Source: a virus. From it: a stretch of 64,000 nucleotides of DNA. Position 1 is the first letter of the stretch. Every line of letters starts with the position of its first letter. The stretch lies in IMG/VR virus record IMGVR_UViG_3300047368_000324, positions 12,616-76,615 of that record, one strand, 5' to 3'. A program made the translations under genes and the position numbers. This document shows, piece after piece, positions 1 through 8,860 of this stretch. The notes below the pieces were generated by a model. It searched no databases. It saw nothing but the letters and a program-made list of their open reading frames with translations, and had not been told where the DNA came from.

Positions 1-63
1 AGAGGGTAGGCTACTTGATTACAAGACAAGACACTTGATCCATGATGCACTACTTTTAGTATC

Positions 64-297
64 ATGAGTGAAGAATCAGAATTATTTATTCACCAACTTC
101 AATCAGAACTTACTCAAGTTATCGTAGAAATCGGAAAGCAATATACCGATATAACAAGTCAACAACAAATGGCAGACTATCTTGAGGTTTTAATTGAATC
201 TTTAAAATATTTTCACGAAAGAGGAAATTACGGAAGAATGGCTTATGATATATATAAAGCAATAGATTTCTTGCCATCTGCATTTCCAATTAAATAA
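64..297 (+). CDS. hypothetical early protein
   Basis: 77-aa ORF with TTGATC...TACTTT promoter-like sequence immediately upstream. Confidence 0.7.
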   Translation: MSEESELFIHQLQSELTQVIVEIGKQYTDITSQQQMADYLEVLIESLKYFHERGNYGRMAYDIYKAIDFLPSAFPIK

Positions 298-298
298 C

Positions 299-460
299 AT
301 GACTGAAGAGATAGAGAATATTATATATAAATATATACAGAATAAAGAAAAATTAAATACTATCGAAGAATTAAATACTTATTTAAATAAATTAAGTGAT
401 GATGATTTTGAAATTCTTGCTGAATATATTTTAAACAAACTAAAAGAAGATAATTCTTGA
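299..460 (+). CDS. small hypothetical protein (53 aa, not in ORF track)
   Basis: ATG299..TGA460, MTEEIENIIYKYIQNK...; stop codon overlaps the next -35 box TTGACT. Confidence 0.6.
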   Translation: MTEEIENIIYKYIQNKEKLNTIEELNTYLNKLSDDDFEILAEYILNKLKEDNS

Positions 461-494
461 CTTTCGGGGCTAAACAAAATAGAATACTTATATT

Positions 495-905
495 ATGGGA
501 TTAGATCAACAAGCTTATAGCAAAAATTCAGAAGGAGAAGAACATGAAATCGCTTATTGGAGAAAGCACAATCGCCTTCAAGGGTGGATGGAAGAACTTT
601 GGCAAGCCAAGGGTAGACCAAACTACGAACCGACTGATAATGGGGGTCTAGGAGACTTTAATTGCGTTAATCTTTATTTAAATGAGCAAGACCTTGATGA
701 CCTTGAGGATGCAGTTTGTGCGAAAGCGTTACCATCGTGCGGTGGATTCTTCTTTGGAGATGATTCGTTCTCTTGGGCAAACAAGCATGGAGAACATCAT
801 GAAGGTTATGATTATTTCTACAAGGAACTAGATATGGAATTCATAGAAAAAGCTAGAGATGAAATTAATAAAGGAAATAAAGTATTCTATACTTGTTGGT
901 GGTGA
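495..905 (+). CDS. conserved phage hypothetical protein
   Basis: MGLDQ..., YWRKHNRLQGWM, GFFFG and C-terminal YxCWW motifs typical of a widespread phage early-protein family. Confidence 0.75.
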   Translation: MGLDQQAYSKNSEGEEHEIAYWRKHNRLQGWMEELWQAKGRPNYEPTDNGGLGDFNCVNLYLNEQDLDDLEDAVCAKALPSCGGFFFGDDSFSWANKHGEHHEGYDYFYKELDMEFIEKARDEINKGNKVFYTCWW

Positions 906-1004
906 ATATGTATTCAATAGACATAATTGATATTGTTAATAATATATTTATCGGAACAGGTTTGGCGGTACTCTTAATATTTGTTTTATTTTTAGCATTT
1001 ACTT

Positions 1005-1217
1005 ATGATGACTAATAACAAAGAAAGAGAATTATTATTAAATATAAATAATATAGAGAACGAATTAAACATAATTGAAAAAGAATTAGATTACATAATC
1101 GACAATGCTCCCGAAGATGGAGAGGTTGCAGAACTCTTAGAAATCGAGCGAGGTTACCTTTTGTCAGAACTTGGCATCGCCAAGGATTCTTATATGTTAC
1201 TTACTAAAGATAAATAA
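1005..1217 (+). CDS. hypothetical acidic coiled-coil protein
   Basis: ORF in early gene run. Confidence 0.6.
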   Translation: MMTNNKERELLLNINNIENELNIIEKELDYIIDNAPEDGEVAELLEIERGYLLSELGIAKDSYMLLTKDK

Positions 1218-1341
1218 TTACATTCTCTATACAATATATATATAAGCATAATATAAGAACAAATAACACACTTATATTATTACTTGATTTATTTTAAGTT
1301 AATGATTATTATTAATTTATATATAAACACTTGTAAATAAA

Positions 1342-1387
1342 GGGATTCCGTTGTGGGTCAAAGTGGGAGAAAGTGGGTCTGTATGGG
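1342..1387 (+). repeat. 10-bp-period TGGG direct repeats (MraZ-box-like; G-quadruplex consensus)
   Basis: ttgtgggtca aagtgggaga aagtgggtct gtatgggcta inside a very AT-rich intergenic region. Confidence 0.6.
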
Positions 1388-1723
1388 CTACGCGACTTCA
1401 ATATATATAATAACTAATATAAATATATTCAAATAACAAATGAAATTAAACAAAATAAACAAAATTCTAAATAATATAAATTCAAAATTGCTTGAAATTA
1501 AACTTAAAAATAATTTTAATAGTAAAAATATATCTAATAATTGCGAAATGAAAATTGATAATGAAAATAATTCAAATACAAAGCGAAATAAATACGGATT
1601 TCCAACTTTATTCAGATAATACTGCTCTTTTTAACATATTTTAATTGATTAATATATATTAATTGGTCGCGTTCGCAAGTTTTCGGTTGACAAGCAAGCG
1701 ATATTGCCACATACTTATAACAT

Positions 1724-1954
1724 ATGAGCGAATTAACACGAAATATAAATGCTTTGCTAGATGAATATAATGATATTAAACAAGATAAATCAATAACAGG
1801 CGATTCTATTGAAAATATAATTAGTGATATAAATAAATTAACTAATAATGGATTAAATGTTAATGATATATTCACAAATAACTACTATGTTAACGATTAT
1901 CAAGAGGATAAGCGTTGTGCGAGTGGCAAAATCTTCGGAGTAAAGCAATCATGA
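1724..1954 (+). CDS. hypothetical early protein
   Basis: ORF preceded by TTGACA-N17-CATACT promoter. Confidence 0.6.
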   Translation: MSELTRNINALLDEYNDIKQDKSITGDSIENIISDINKLTNNGLNVNDIFTNNYYVNDYQEDKRCASGKIFGVKQS

Positions 1955-2154
1955 TTGAATTAGAGACAAATAAACATATAGCACCAAAGACAGGGCAATA
2001 TAAACTAGAAATAATTGATAAAACAATTGATGAAATTATATTAATTTATGAAAATAAAAATATAAATGATTTAATTGAAATAATGAATGGTTTTAGTCTT
2101 AATAAATATAGTAGAAGATTAACAGGTAGTGATATGTACTTGTGGGAGACTTAA
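1951..2154 (+). CDS. hypothetical protein
   Basis: ATGA overlap with upstream stop favours start at 1951. Confidence 0.55.
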   Translation: MIELETNKHIAPKTGQYKLEIIDKTIDEIILIYENKNINDLIEIMNGFSLNKYSRRLTGSDMYLWET

Positions 2155-2327
2155 TATTGCATTATATATCAAGCAATAAACGAAATTAAGATTGAATTTG
2201 AGCCAAATAACTTCAAATAAAGCTATTATGCCATATATACCAAGCATTTATGTCGATAAAACAGAAAAAAATCGACACATTAAAAAAAAGTGTTGACAAG
2301 AGCGACATATTTTGCGATACTTAAACC

Positions 2328-2573
2328 ATGACACAATTACAAAGCACTTACAACACGATCCGCAAGCAACGCGACATTGCGGATGAGGTATCTAACTTGA
2401 GTTCGTACATGAGCGGAAACACAAGCGAGCTTGTGCAACACATAGGCTTTCTAGGAGATAAGATAGAAGACCAAGCACAAATGACTAATGGATATTTAGA
2501 TGATATAAGATCATCAATAGATAAGAATACAGAAGCATTACAATTAATAGCTAGAATTTTACAAAATAAATAA
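2328..2573 (+). CDS. hypothetical coiled-coil early protein
   Basis: TTGACA-N17-GATACT promoter ending a few nt before the ATG. Confidence 0.7.
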   Translation: MTQLQSTYNTIRKQRDIADEVSNLSSYMSGNTSELVQHIGFLGDKIEDQAQMTNGYLDDIRSSIDKNTEALQLIARILQNK

Positions 2574-2604
2574 TAAATTTAATAACATTAATAAATATAT
2601 AATT

Positions 2605-2814
2605 ATGAGTATCGCAAAAAACGCAAGAGCATCAGAAGTAATGAGCAAAGTGCAGAATGGACACTACGCTAGAAATGGAAAGTTTGCAAACTTCGGTTCT
2701 ATCCCCGAAGATAGCATATATTACCACACTTGGTTGGCACAGAAAGCCGAGCAGAAGCAAAAAGAAAAAATGGCTCAACGAGCAATCAGATCGGGGGTTC
2801 GTAGTCATGCCTAA
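2605..2814 (+). CDS. hypothetical basic protein
   Basis: ORF in operon. Confidence 0.65.
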   Translation: MSIAKNARASEVMSKVQNGHYARNGKFANFGSIPEDSIYYHTWLAQKAEQKQKEKMAQRAIRSGVRSHA

Positions 2815-3073
2815 GTATGCAGTATTTGTTAAAATGGTTCACCTTGGCAAGTTTGTTATCGAGGCAGAAGACGAAGAGCACGCAAGGCTTATAATGGATT
2901 CGGGAGAAATTGCAGATGATGAATGTGTGGATATTCAGTCGGTAGAGAGCGAGATTACGACTATTGAACTTGCTGATAAACCACCATTTGAGGGTTTTGA
3001 ATCACCTAGAATACCCGAAGACTTTGAGACAATGACCACTGATGGAGAAATAATAGAAGATAATAAAGAATAA
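2807..3073 (+). CDS. hypothetical acidic protein
   Basis: probable start MPKYAVFV at 2807; IEAEDEEHA motif common in small phage proteins. Confidence 0.6.
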   Translation: MPKYAVFVKMVHLGKFVIEAEDEEHARLIMDSGEIADDECVDIQSVESEITTIELADKPPFEGFESPRIPEDFETMTTDGEIIEDNKE

Positions 3074-3174
3074 TATGGAAATAATAGTTGCATCACTTTT
3101 AACTTGTTTTTTAAATAAAACAGTAATATATATTAAACCAAACCAAGAACAAATAATTTATACAGAAAATACTA

Positions 3175-3203
3175 TTGACAAATAATCAAATATATAGTAT
3201 TAT
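3175..3203 (+). promoter_or_regulatory. sigma70 promoter driving a non-coding region
   Basis: TTGACA-N17-TATTAT. Confidence 0.75.
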
Positions 3204-3248
3204 TAATACATAACAATTGAGAAATAAACTCAATCAAATAAAATAAAT

Positions 3249-3260
3249 TGATCTTTAACA
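3249..3260 (+). promoter_or_regulatory. boxA-like antitermination site
   Basis: TGATCTTTAACA, 11/12 match to rrn boxA TGCTCTTTAACA. Confidence 0.55.
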
Positions 3261-3269
3261 TTTTAAATT

Positions 3270-3690
3270 TTGAGCATAGATCTCGCAAGCATTAAGTTGC
3301 TAAAAGCCAATTCTTGTAAGTCTCAATTCACTTTGGAACAATGAGTCGATAGCTGAGTATCGGACATTGACTCGTTCCATTCTATTTGGAAGGGCTTATA
3401 ATCCTTCCTGTGGGTGACTCGAAATAACCTGTCGTGAGCGGGTTAAGGTATGCAGATCCCTGTGGTAGGGACGGTAGAGTCCAATCGGATGAGCCGAATG
3501 ACAAATGCCAAGTCTAGTCTGTAGTTCGAAGTAGGTAATCCATGAACTGATGTTCACGCCGAAAAGTTGAAGGTATACAGTAGTCCTTCCCCACATTTAT
3601 TTTTACAGGCAAATATGCGGAGGTTGTGTGTTGCCTCTAGTGACTATCATCGCCTGTTAGGTAACTCAATAAAAGCCTAACGCTCCAAAA
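3270..3690 (+). ncRNA. putative large structured ncRNA of unknown family
   Basis: GC-elevated, no credible + strand ORF, many hairpins, long-range pair TGTGGG(3409-14)/CCCACA(3590-95), own promoter and terminator. Confidence 0.65.
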
Positions 3691-3720
3691 GCCCCCATCT
3701 TTCGAGGTGGGGGTTTTTTT
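3690..3720 (+). terminator. intrinsic terminator
   Basis: gcccccatct-ttcg-aggtgggggt followed by a T run. Confidence 0.85.
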
Positions 3721-3757
3721 GTTTGACAAGATCGACCACCTAGTCTACTATGGTAGC

Positions 3758-4015
3758 ATGAACACATTAAAAGACATACTATCACATTTCGGATACATTA
3801 ACTCGGCTCAGCTCGCAGAGCTTAACGAACACTTTCCTCACATGAGGGTGGTTATTAAATGGGGCGGATTGCCTCGTGAACGAGTTCCTGTATGGCAAGC
3901 AATTGAAACCATCGAGAGAGTCGAACGAGAGAACCTTGACTATTGCAGAGAGGTATTTCTATCTGCCAAGGATTGCAACAATCTTCGTGAGGCTTTACAT
4001 ATAACCACTAATTAA
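3758..4015 (+). CDS. hypothetical early protein
   Basis: ATG3758 directly after TTGACA-N17-TACTAT; the track start at 3707 lies inside the terminator. Confidence 0.7.
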   Translation: MNTLKDILSHFGYINSAQLAELNEHFPHMRVVIKWGGLPRERVPVWQAIETIERVERENLDYCREVFLSAKDCNNLREALHITTN

Positions 4016-4023
4016 AATATATT

Positions 4024-4269
4024 ATGAAGTATCAAGCAGAACATAGTGCAGTTGAATTAGGTCTATTAGATATAGATGATAGAGTATATGATAATGAACA
4101 TAGAATGGATTATGCTCAAAAACAAGAAATACAAAGTAGAGTTGAATTAATTAGATTATTATTGAAAAGAAATTTACCTCTAAAAGCTAAACAACAATTA
4201 AAATTCTTAGATAGATATATTGATCAATGCTTATATAATGATTATATGGTGAATGACTATTTATCTTGA
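4024..4269 (+). CDS. hypothetical protein
   Basis: ORF; TGA stop overlaps next -35 box. Confidence 0.65.
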   Translation: MKYQAEHSAVELGLLDIDDRVYDNEHRMDYAQKQEIQSRVELIRLLLKRNLPLKAKQQLKFLDRYIDQCLYNDYMVNDYLS

Positions 4270-4300
4270 CCTTTATCTTAATCTTAATTAGTATTATACT

Positions 4301-4876
4301 ATGATAAATCCAGCAGAAGTAACTAACTATAATCGAACTCAATCTGAATTACAGGAGTTTTTATTATTTTGTATTAATGTCGCAGGTAAAAAGTCTGCAG
4401 TCGAGGCTCCAAAACTAGAAGTCTTCCTCGAAAGAGCAAAAGATATCTCTGACACAGATTCTCCATTTGATGCTCTTCGTGCTCTAGAAAAAGCTGGCAG
4501 ACTACAGGAGGTGCTTCATTGGGCGTCAATTAGCCCTTACAAGCAACGCTACAACAGCTACAAGGATGTTCTTGCTCTAGGAGACCTACAAGCAGTTACT
4601 CTCGCCCGCCTGATGCAGGTGCGAGGTGTTGGACTTAAAACCGCACGATTCTTTCTATCTCACAGTCGCGAGGACTTTGATGAGCCCATGCTTGACACAC
4701 ATATTCTTCGCTTCCTTAGGGATCAGGGTTACAGAGACGCCCCAAAAAGTACCCCTCAAAACCAAGGAATCTACAACTATTACTCTAATGTATTTAAAAT
4801 GTTTGCTCGTACACTTGGCAAATCAGTTACTGATTTGGATTTAGAAATCTGGAAGCAATACTCAAAAACAGAATAA
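4301..4876 (+). CDS. HhH-GPD DNA glycosylase, Ogg2-like
   Basis: HhH motif VRGVGLKTARFFL and downstream LDTHILRFL. Confidence 0.7.
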   Translation: MINPAEVTNYNRTQSELQEFLLFCINVAGKKSAVEAPKLEVFLERAKDISDTDSPFDALRALEKAGRLQEVLHWASISPYKQRYNSYKDVLALGDLQAVTLARLMQVRGVGLKTARFFLSHSREDFDEPMLDTHILRFLRDQGYRDAPKSTPQNQGIYNYYSNVFKMFARTLGKSVTDLDLEIWKQYSKTE

Positions 4877-5027
4877 ATTGGAACTACTAATAATCATAAC
4901 TATGGGTACAGTAATGGGCGTGAAGCTAGCATTCGAATCTTGGAATGACTAAAACGCCAAATACGTAAATGACAAATATGGAAATACCAAATAACCAAAT
5001 AATATATATTCAGCAGAGAGCGCCGCC

Positions 5028-5106
5028 CAACACCCTGAACATCAACGACTTATGAAATTTTCGCCTAGTCTGAGAATCTCGTAAGTCTTTAAGAAGCAAG
5101 GATTTA
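5028..5106. repeat. 80-bp palindromic element, copy 1
   Basis: caacac-N13-GACTTA-N12-CTAG-N13-TAAGTC-N13-GATTTA. Confidence 0.85.
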
Positions 5107-5162
5107 CAACAAAAGTAAAAAAAGTGTTGACAGCAAGCAGTCTGTAGGTTAGTATTATATAC

Positions 5163-5552
5163 ATGATTAATTACGATATACCAAACTCAATCTCACAATT
5201 TCAATCGAAAGCTATGTTGGAATTTTCCCATCTTGATTTCAAGCCACATCGTCATGCTGACGGAGTTCAAGCTGTGCTTGAATTGGGTAATGACATCTCG
5301 ATTTCTGTCGTTGCGAACAACGAAGGAGGTCAAGGGCTTTATGGTAATCTCAAGGAGGATCTTTACGAAGTTGCGTTTTTTTATAAAAATGATATGATTC
5401 CTCTTTCTCCTTCCGATGATGTTGTGGGATGGCAATCTCCTCAGCAGATTTCTTATCTAATGATGAAGGCTCAATCCGAGGGTATTTATTGGGTGGATGA
5501 ACTTCGAGAAGCAAAAAGAGAATATAGAAAAGAATTAGGGCTTGACAGCTGA
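5163..5552 (+). CDS. conserved phage hypothetical protein
   Basis: leaderless ORF after TTGACA promoter; SVV...GLYG...LYEVA...DDVVGW motif. Confidence 0.75.
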   Translation: MINYDIPNSISQFQSKAMLEFSHLDFKPHRHADGVQAVLELGNDISISVVANNEGGQGLYGNLKEDLYEVAFFYKNDMIPLSPSDDVVGWQSPQQISYLMMKAQSEGIYWVDELREAKREYRKELGLDS

Positions 5553-5576
5553 GCACTATTAATCTAGTATTATATC

Positions 5577-5822
5577 ATGACAACAGAAGAAGAATACAGA
5601 CAAAGAGCAGAAACAGTTTTAAACATCGTTAACGGCAATCTTGCATGGTCAAATCCAAGTTCAACAGTTTGCCTTGACCAACATGAGCGTCATCCCGAAA
5701 AGTTCCCAAAGGGAAGTGCATTTCAATCGTTCGATGAATCTTTAGATGACATCATTCGAGACTTGACATCCTATAGAGATGAGACTAGAATAGAATCATC
5801 TTTTCAATCAGCAGAACTATAA
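5577..5822 (+). CDS. hypothetical early protein
   Basis: own TTGACA-N17-TAGTAT promoter. Confidence 0.7.
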   Translation: MTTEEEYRQRAETVLNIVNGNLAWSNPSSTVCLDQHERHPEKFPKGSAFQSFDESLDDIIRDLTSYRDETRIESSFQSAEL

Positions 5823-5834
5823 CCAACACACACT

Positions 5835-6062
5835 ATGTTAACAAACGAAAAACAAATTGCAGAGTTTAGACTCCGCACTCTCCATAAAATGCTCAAGCTT
5901 GAACTTCTTGGAATGAAACGCAGAGGTCAATCGGCTTACGCTATCATAAAACAAGAAACAGGTTTTACAGGATCAAAGCAAAAAGTCTATGACAAACTTG
6001 ATGACCTGCTCAACCCTCCTGCTCACGATGTGGAAATGGAAAAAGCAATTTATAATGCTTGA
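5835..6062 (+). CDS. hypothetical early protein
   Basis: LKLELLGMKR...SAYAIIK motif. Confidence 0.7.
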   Translation: MLTNEKQIAEFRLRTLHKMLKLELLGMKRRGQSAYAIIKQETGFTGSKQKVYDKLDDLLNPPAHDVEMEKAIYNA

Positions 6063-6093
6063 CATTTAATTCAAACTATATTATATTTATATC

Positions 6094-6366
6094 ATGTTAG
6101 ATTATATTGAAGCAAACTGCGAATTACCTTCGCTTGAAGACAAAGCCTCCTACGACCAAGAATCGGGAATGTGGGAATTATATTTCGAGGAGCTTTTGCC
6201 CTCTTGGTACAATCGGAGCGAAGGCGAGCATCCTGACCTCATCACTTTACATTTCGAGAGCGAACACGAAGCTCAAGAAATTCTTAATCAACAATCAACA
6301 ATCCTCAACAAAAGGAATCAAGAAAATGAAGTTAGTTCAGAAAATCAAGAACCTGTTCTCTCCTAA
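6094..6366 (+). CDS. acidic hypothetical protein
   Basis: own TTGACA-N17-TATATT promoter. Confidence 0.65.
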   Translation: MLDYIEANCELPSLEDKASYDQESGMWELYFEELLPSWYNRSEGEHPDLITLHFESEHEAQEILNQQSTILNKRNQENEVSSENQEPVLS

Positions 6367-6556
6367 GTATCAAGTCGTCTATCGCACGCTTGACGGCAGA
6401 ACAGAACGCTATACCATCAACAAACCATCATATGCTTATGAATTTGGCAACAATCAGGAGGGCAAGCAAATCGTTGGCTTCCGTTCTTATTGTCATAATC
6501 GCCACGGAGTGCGTTCATTCCGTTACGATAGAGTCGTAGCATTAGAAAAGGCATAA
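6326..6556 (+). CDS. stand-alone WYL-like domain protein
   Basis: start after AAAGGA SD; VVY...R...P and YCHNRHGVRSFRYDRV match the WYL signature. Confidence 0.6.
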   Translation: MKLVQKIKNLFSPKYQVVYRTLDGRTERYTINKPSYAYEFGNNQEGKQIVGFRSYCHNRHGVRSFRYDRVVALEKA

Positions 6557-6560
6557 TTAT

Positions 6561-6719
6561 ATGACTGCATCATCACTTAAAAAACAGATTCGTCAACTTG
6601 GCTACGAGCTAATGCTTGCAGAGGTAACAGAATCTTATTGCGAAGAATTCATTGAGAAGAGGAAATTGCACGACTCTCTACTTGAGAAATTATATAAGTT
6701 AGAGAAAAGAGTTTTCTGA
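6561..6719 (+). CDS. small hypothetical protein (52 aa, not in track)
   Basis: MTASSLKKQIRQLGYEL... Confidence 0.55.
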   Translation: MTASSLKKQIRQLGYELMLAEVTESYCEEFIEKRKLHDSLLEKLYKLEKRVF

Positions 6720-6730
6720 TTCTACCCTCC

Positions 6731-6810
6731 TAAACCACTATCCCCCAATGACTTGGGGGATTTTGGTCCTAGGCCCGCCGTGCCGGAAGTCTATGATAGA
6801 GAAGCACTTA
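6731..6810. repeat. 80-bp palindromic element, copy 2
   Basis: TAAACC-N13-GACTTG-N13-CTAG-N13-GAAGTC-N13-CACTTA. Confidence 0.9.
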
Positions 6811-6882
6811 AGTAACAAAAAAAATGTATTTATTAGTCATTTTATAGTTGCAATTTAAACCCGTTCTGTCATACTTATATGT

Positions 6883-7116
6883 ATGATAATTAATGAAGAC
6901 TACCAATCAGATGAAAACCCTAGTGCTGAACTCGTTGTCGAGGCGATCATGGATCAAATCTCTGACATACTTATTCAACCTATGCACGAAAAACTTACTG
7001 CTGAAGATCAACTTACGCTTGGTCTTGTAGCAAGTGCCTTAAAGGTATTAGGCAAGAAAGCTCAAGCTTACGATAATTTACAAAACGGAGATTTACCTCT
7101 CGATTGGCAAAATTAA
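6883..7116 (+). CDS. hypothetical early protein
   Basis: TTGCAA...CATACT promoter, leaderless. Confidence 0.7.
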   Translation: MIINEDYQSDENPSAELVVEAIMDQISDILIQPMHEKLTAEDQLTLGLVASALKVLGKKAQAYDNLQNGDLPLDWQN

Positions 7117-7188
7117 TGCTTGACTTTTTATATATATTCACTTATACTTATATTATAACAATCAGATAAACCCAAACTTAAAAAAATT

Positions 7189-7986
7189 ATGTTAGATACA
7201 ACTCAAGAAACTCCTCGTCTTAACCTTCGCATTTGCGGTAACCGATCAACCATCGTTGACATGGATGCCGTTCGTAGAGTGCCAACTCCACAAGCAACCA
7301 ATCGCTGGAAACCTATTGCTCACTCAAAAGTTGTGGATACAACTCGAAACACTCTTGAAGACAAAGGTTTTGAAATTCTTAACGAATGCCATAATGTGAC
7401 CAAAGGTGGCGAGCATTACTTTGGAATGTTTCAAGTCAATCATGCTGACCTTTCCGATAATGGTGGCGAGCGTGGTTGCGTTGTGGGCATGAGAAATTCC
7501 CATGACAAACTTTTCGCAGCAGGTTTGTGTGCAGGTGACGCACCATTCATCTGTGACAATCTTATTTTTCACAATGAAGTTGTATTTACTCGCAAGCATA
7601 TTGGCGATGTTCATGGCGAACTTATTACGAGAGTGAACAAAATCACCGAGTACTTAATCCCTATGTGGACTCGCCAAAATGATCGAGTGCAAGCTTACAA
7701 AGACCTTGCCGTCAATGATCGAGAAGCCCAACATCTTATTTTCGATGTTTACGAGGCAGGAATCAAGACCAATTTGATTGGTAAATCCATGCTTGCCCAA
7801 GCTTGGGAACAATGGAGAAGTTCTGACCACAAAGTTTTTCAAGATCGAAATCTCAATTCATTGTACAACGCATTCACGGAAGTAAGCAAAGGCAGAAATG
7901 TTATGCACTTGCCCAAACGATCTGAAATCTTTCACAATGCTTTTGATCCTGTCGCAGGGGTTGAAGAGGTTGAACTCGTAGCTTAA
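7189..7986 (+). CDS. DUF932-like phage/plasmid protein
   Basis: PIAH, NSHD, FICDNL, FTRKH and LYNAFTE motifs. Confidence 0.7.
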   Translation: MLDTTQETPRLNLRICGNRSTIVDMDAVRRVPTPQATNRWKPIAHSKVVDTTRNTLEDKGFEILNECHNVTKGGEHYFGMFQVNHADLSDNGGERGCVVGMRNSHDKLFAAGLCAGDAPFICDNLIFHNEVVFTRKHIGDVHGELITRVNKITEYLIPMWTRQNDRVQAYKDLAVNDREAQHLIFDVYEAGIKTNLIGKSMLAQAWEQWRSSDHKVFQDRNLNSLYNAFTEVSKGRNVMHLPKRSEIFHNAFDPVAGVEEVELVA

Positions 7987-8016
7987 TTTTAACACTAAAA
8001 ACAAAGGATATATATT

Positions 8017-8244
8017 ATGAAATGCCGTAATCTCAACGAAGTACTCGATTCACGCAAAGGACGATTTGTTTCCGTCCTTCTCAAGAATGGTCTGAAGCGT
8101 GAGCTTTATTCAGCTAAAGTTCACGACTATAATTCTAAAGCCGTCCGTTTCCGTGACACTAATGGGGGCGAGCGTAGAGTTGAACGCTCTATGATTGTCA
8201 GGGCTAAGGTTGCCGAGCGTTATTTTAAACGCTCAAGGAGCTGA
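8017..8244 (+). CDS. small basic hypothetical protein
   Basis: AAAGGA SD, followed by a terminator. Confidence 0.65.
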   Translation: MKCRNLNEVLDSRKGRFVSVLLKNGLKRELYSAKVHDYNSKAVRFRDTNGGERRVERSMIVRAKVAERYFKRSRS

Positions 8245-8259
8245 CCAAAGCCCTCCTTC

Positions 8260-8290
8260 AAAAACCCTTGGGAAACCAAGGGTTTTTTTT
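8260..8290 (+). terminator. intrinsic terminator
   Basis: acccttgg-gaaa-ccaagggt plus T run. Confidence 0.85.
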
Positions 8291-8296
8291 GTGCCT

Positions 8297-8376
8297 TAAC
8301 CTATTGTAGGTCAATGACTTACGGGCCGGCAACCCTAGGGAAATTAACTCGCAAGTCTTTGATTATCAAGCGTTTA
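8297..8376. repeat. 80-bp palindromic element, copy 3
   Basis: TAACCT-N13-GACTTA-N13-CTAG-N13-CAAGTC-N13-CGTTTA. Confidence 0.9.
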
Positions 8377-8420
8377 AAATTAAATGTTGACATTGAGTTC
8401 TTATCTGTTATTATATAGTT

Positions 8421-8822
8421 ATGATTAGAACAAAACCAGACTCTCGCTACGACATCGACTATGACCGCAAGGTGTTCGTATATAAAAATCTTCACAAGAA
8501 TTGCTGGAGCATTCGCCAGGACGGATTGGTTAAGGCTCATTCAGATGGGTCTCCAATCTCTATATATTCAGCGGTAATGAAAGTTAATCAAAAAGGTCGT
8601 GAGCGTGTGATTCGAGAAAAAAGTAAGAATGTTCATGCCGGTATCTTAGGTTACATCCGTCACGAAGATTTGAAAGTATGGGATGGATGGGTTGACATGA
8701 TCGAAATTACATACAATCCTTACAAGTATCATTCTTTTGTAGATGTCGAAAACAAGAAGACAAGATACTTTGCTACTCTTTGCAAACTTTATCAAGATAA
8801 AGTTTTAGTTGAGCGTTATTAA
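8421..8822 (+). CDS. conserved phage hypothetical protein
   Basis: VYKNLHKNCWS, GRERVIREKSKNVHA and ITYNPYK motifs. Confidence 0.75.
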   Translation: MIRTKPDSRYDIDYDRKVFVYKNLHKNCWSIRQDGLVKAHSDGSPISIYSAVMKVNQKGRERVIREKSKNVHAGILGYIRHEDLKVWDGWVDMIEITYNPYKYHSFVDVENKKTRYFATLCKLYQDKVLVERY

Positions 8823-8860
8823 GGGTTGACAAGTTAATTTATTTTTATTAGTATAGTATC

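Noticed and set aside
1324-1348. Possible lone half-site of the 80-bp element (TAAACA-N13-GGATTC)
   Set aside because: Too degenerate, with no CTAG core or second arm.
3396-3596. 66-aa minus-strand ORF
   Set aside because: It is antisense to a promoter- and terminator-bounded structured region and shows no expression signals.
3270-3690. tRNA, tmRNA, RNase P or hammerhead identity
   Set aside because: No T-arm with acceptor stem, no GAGGAAAGTCC, and CTGATG is not followed by the A needed for a hammerhead core.
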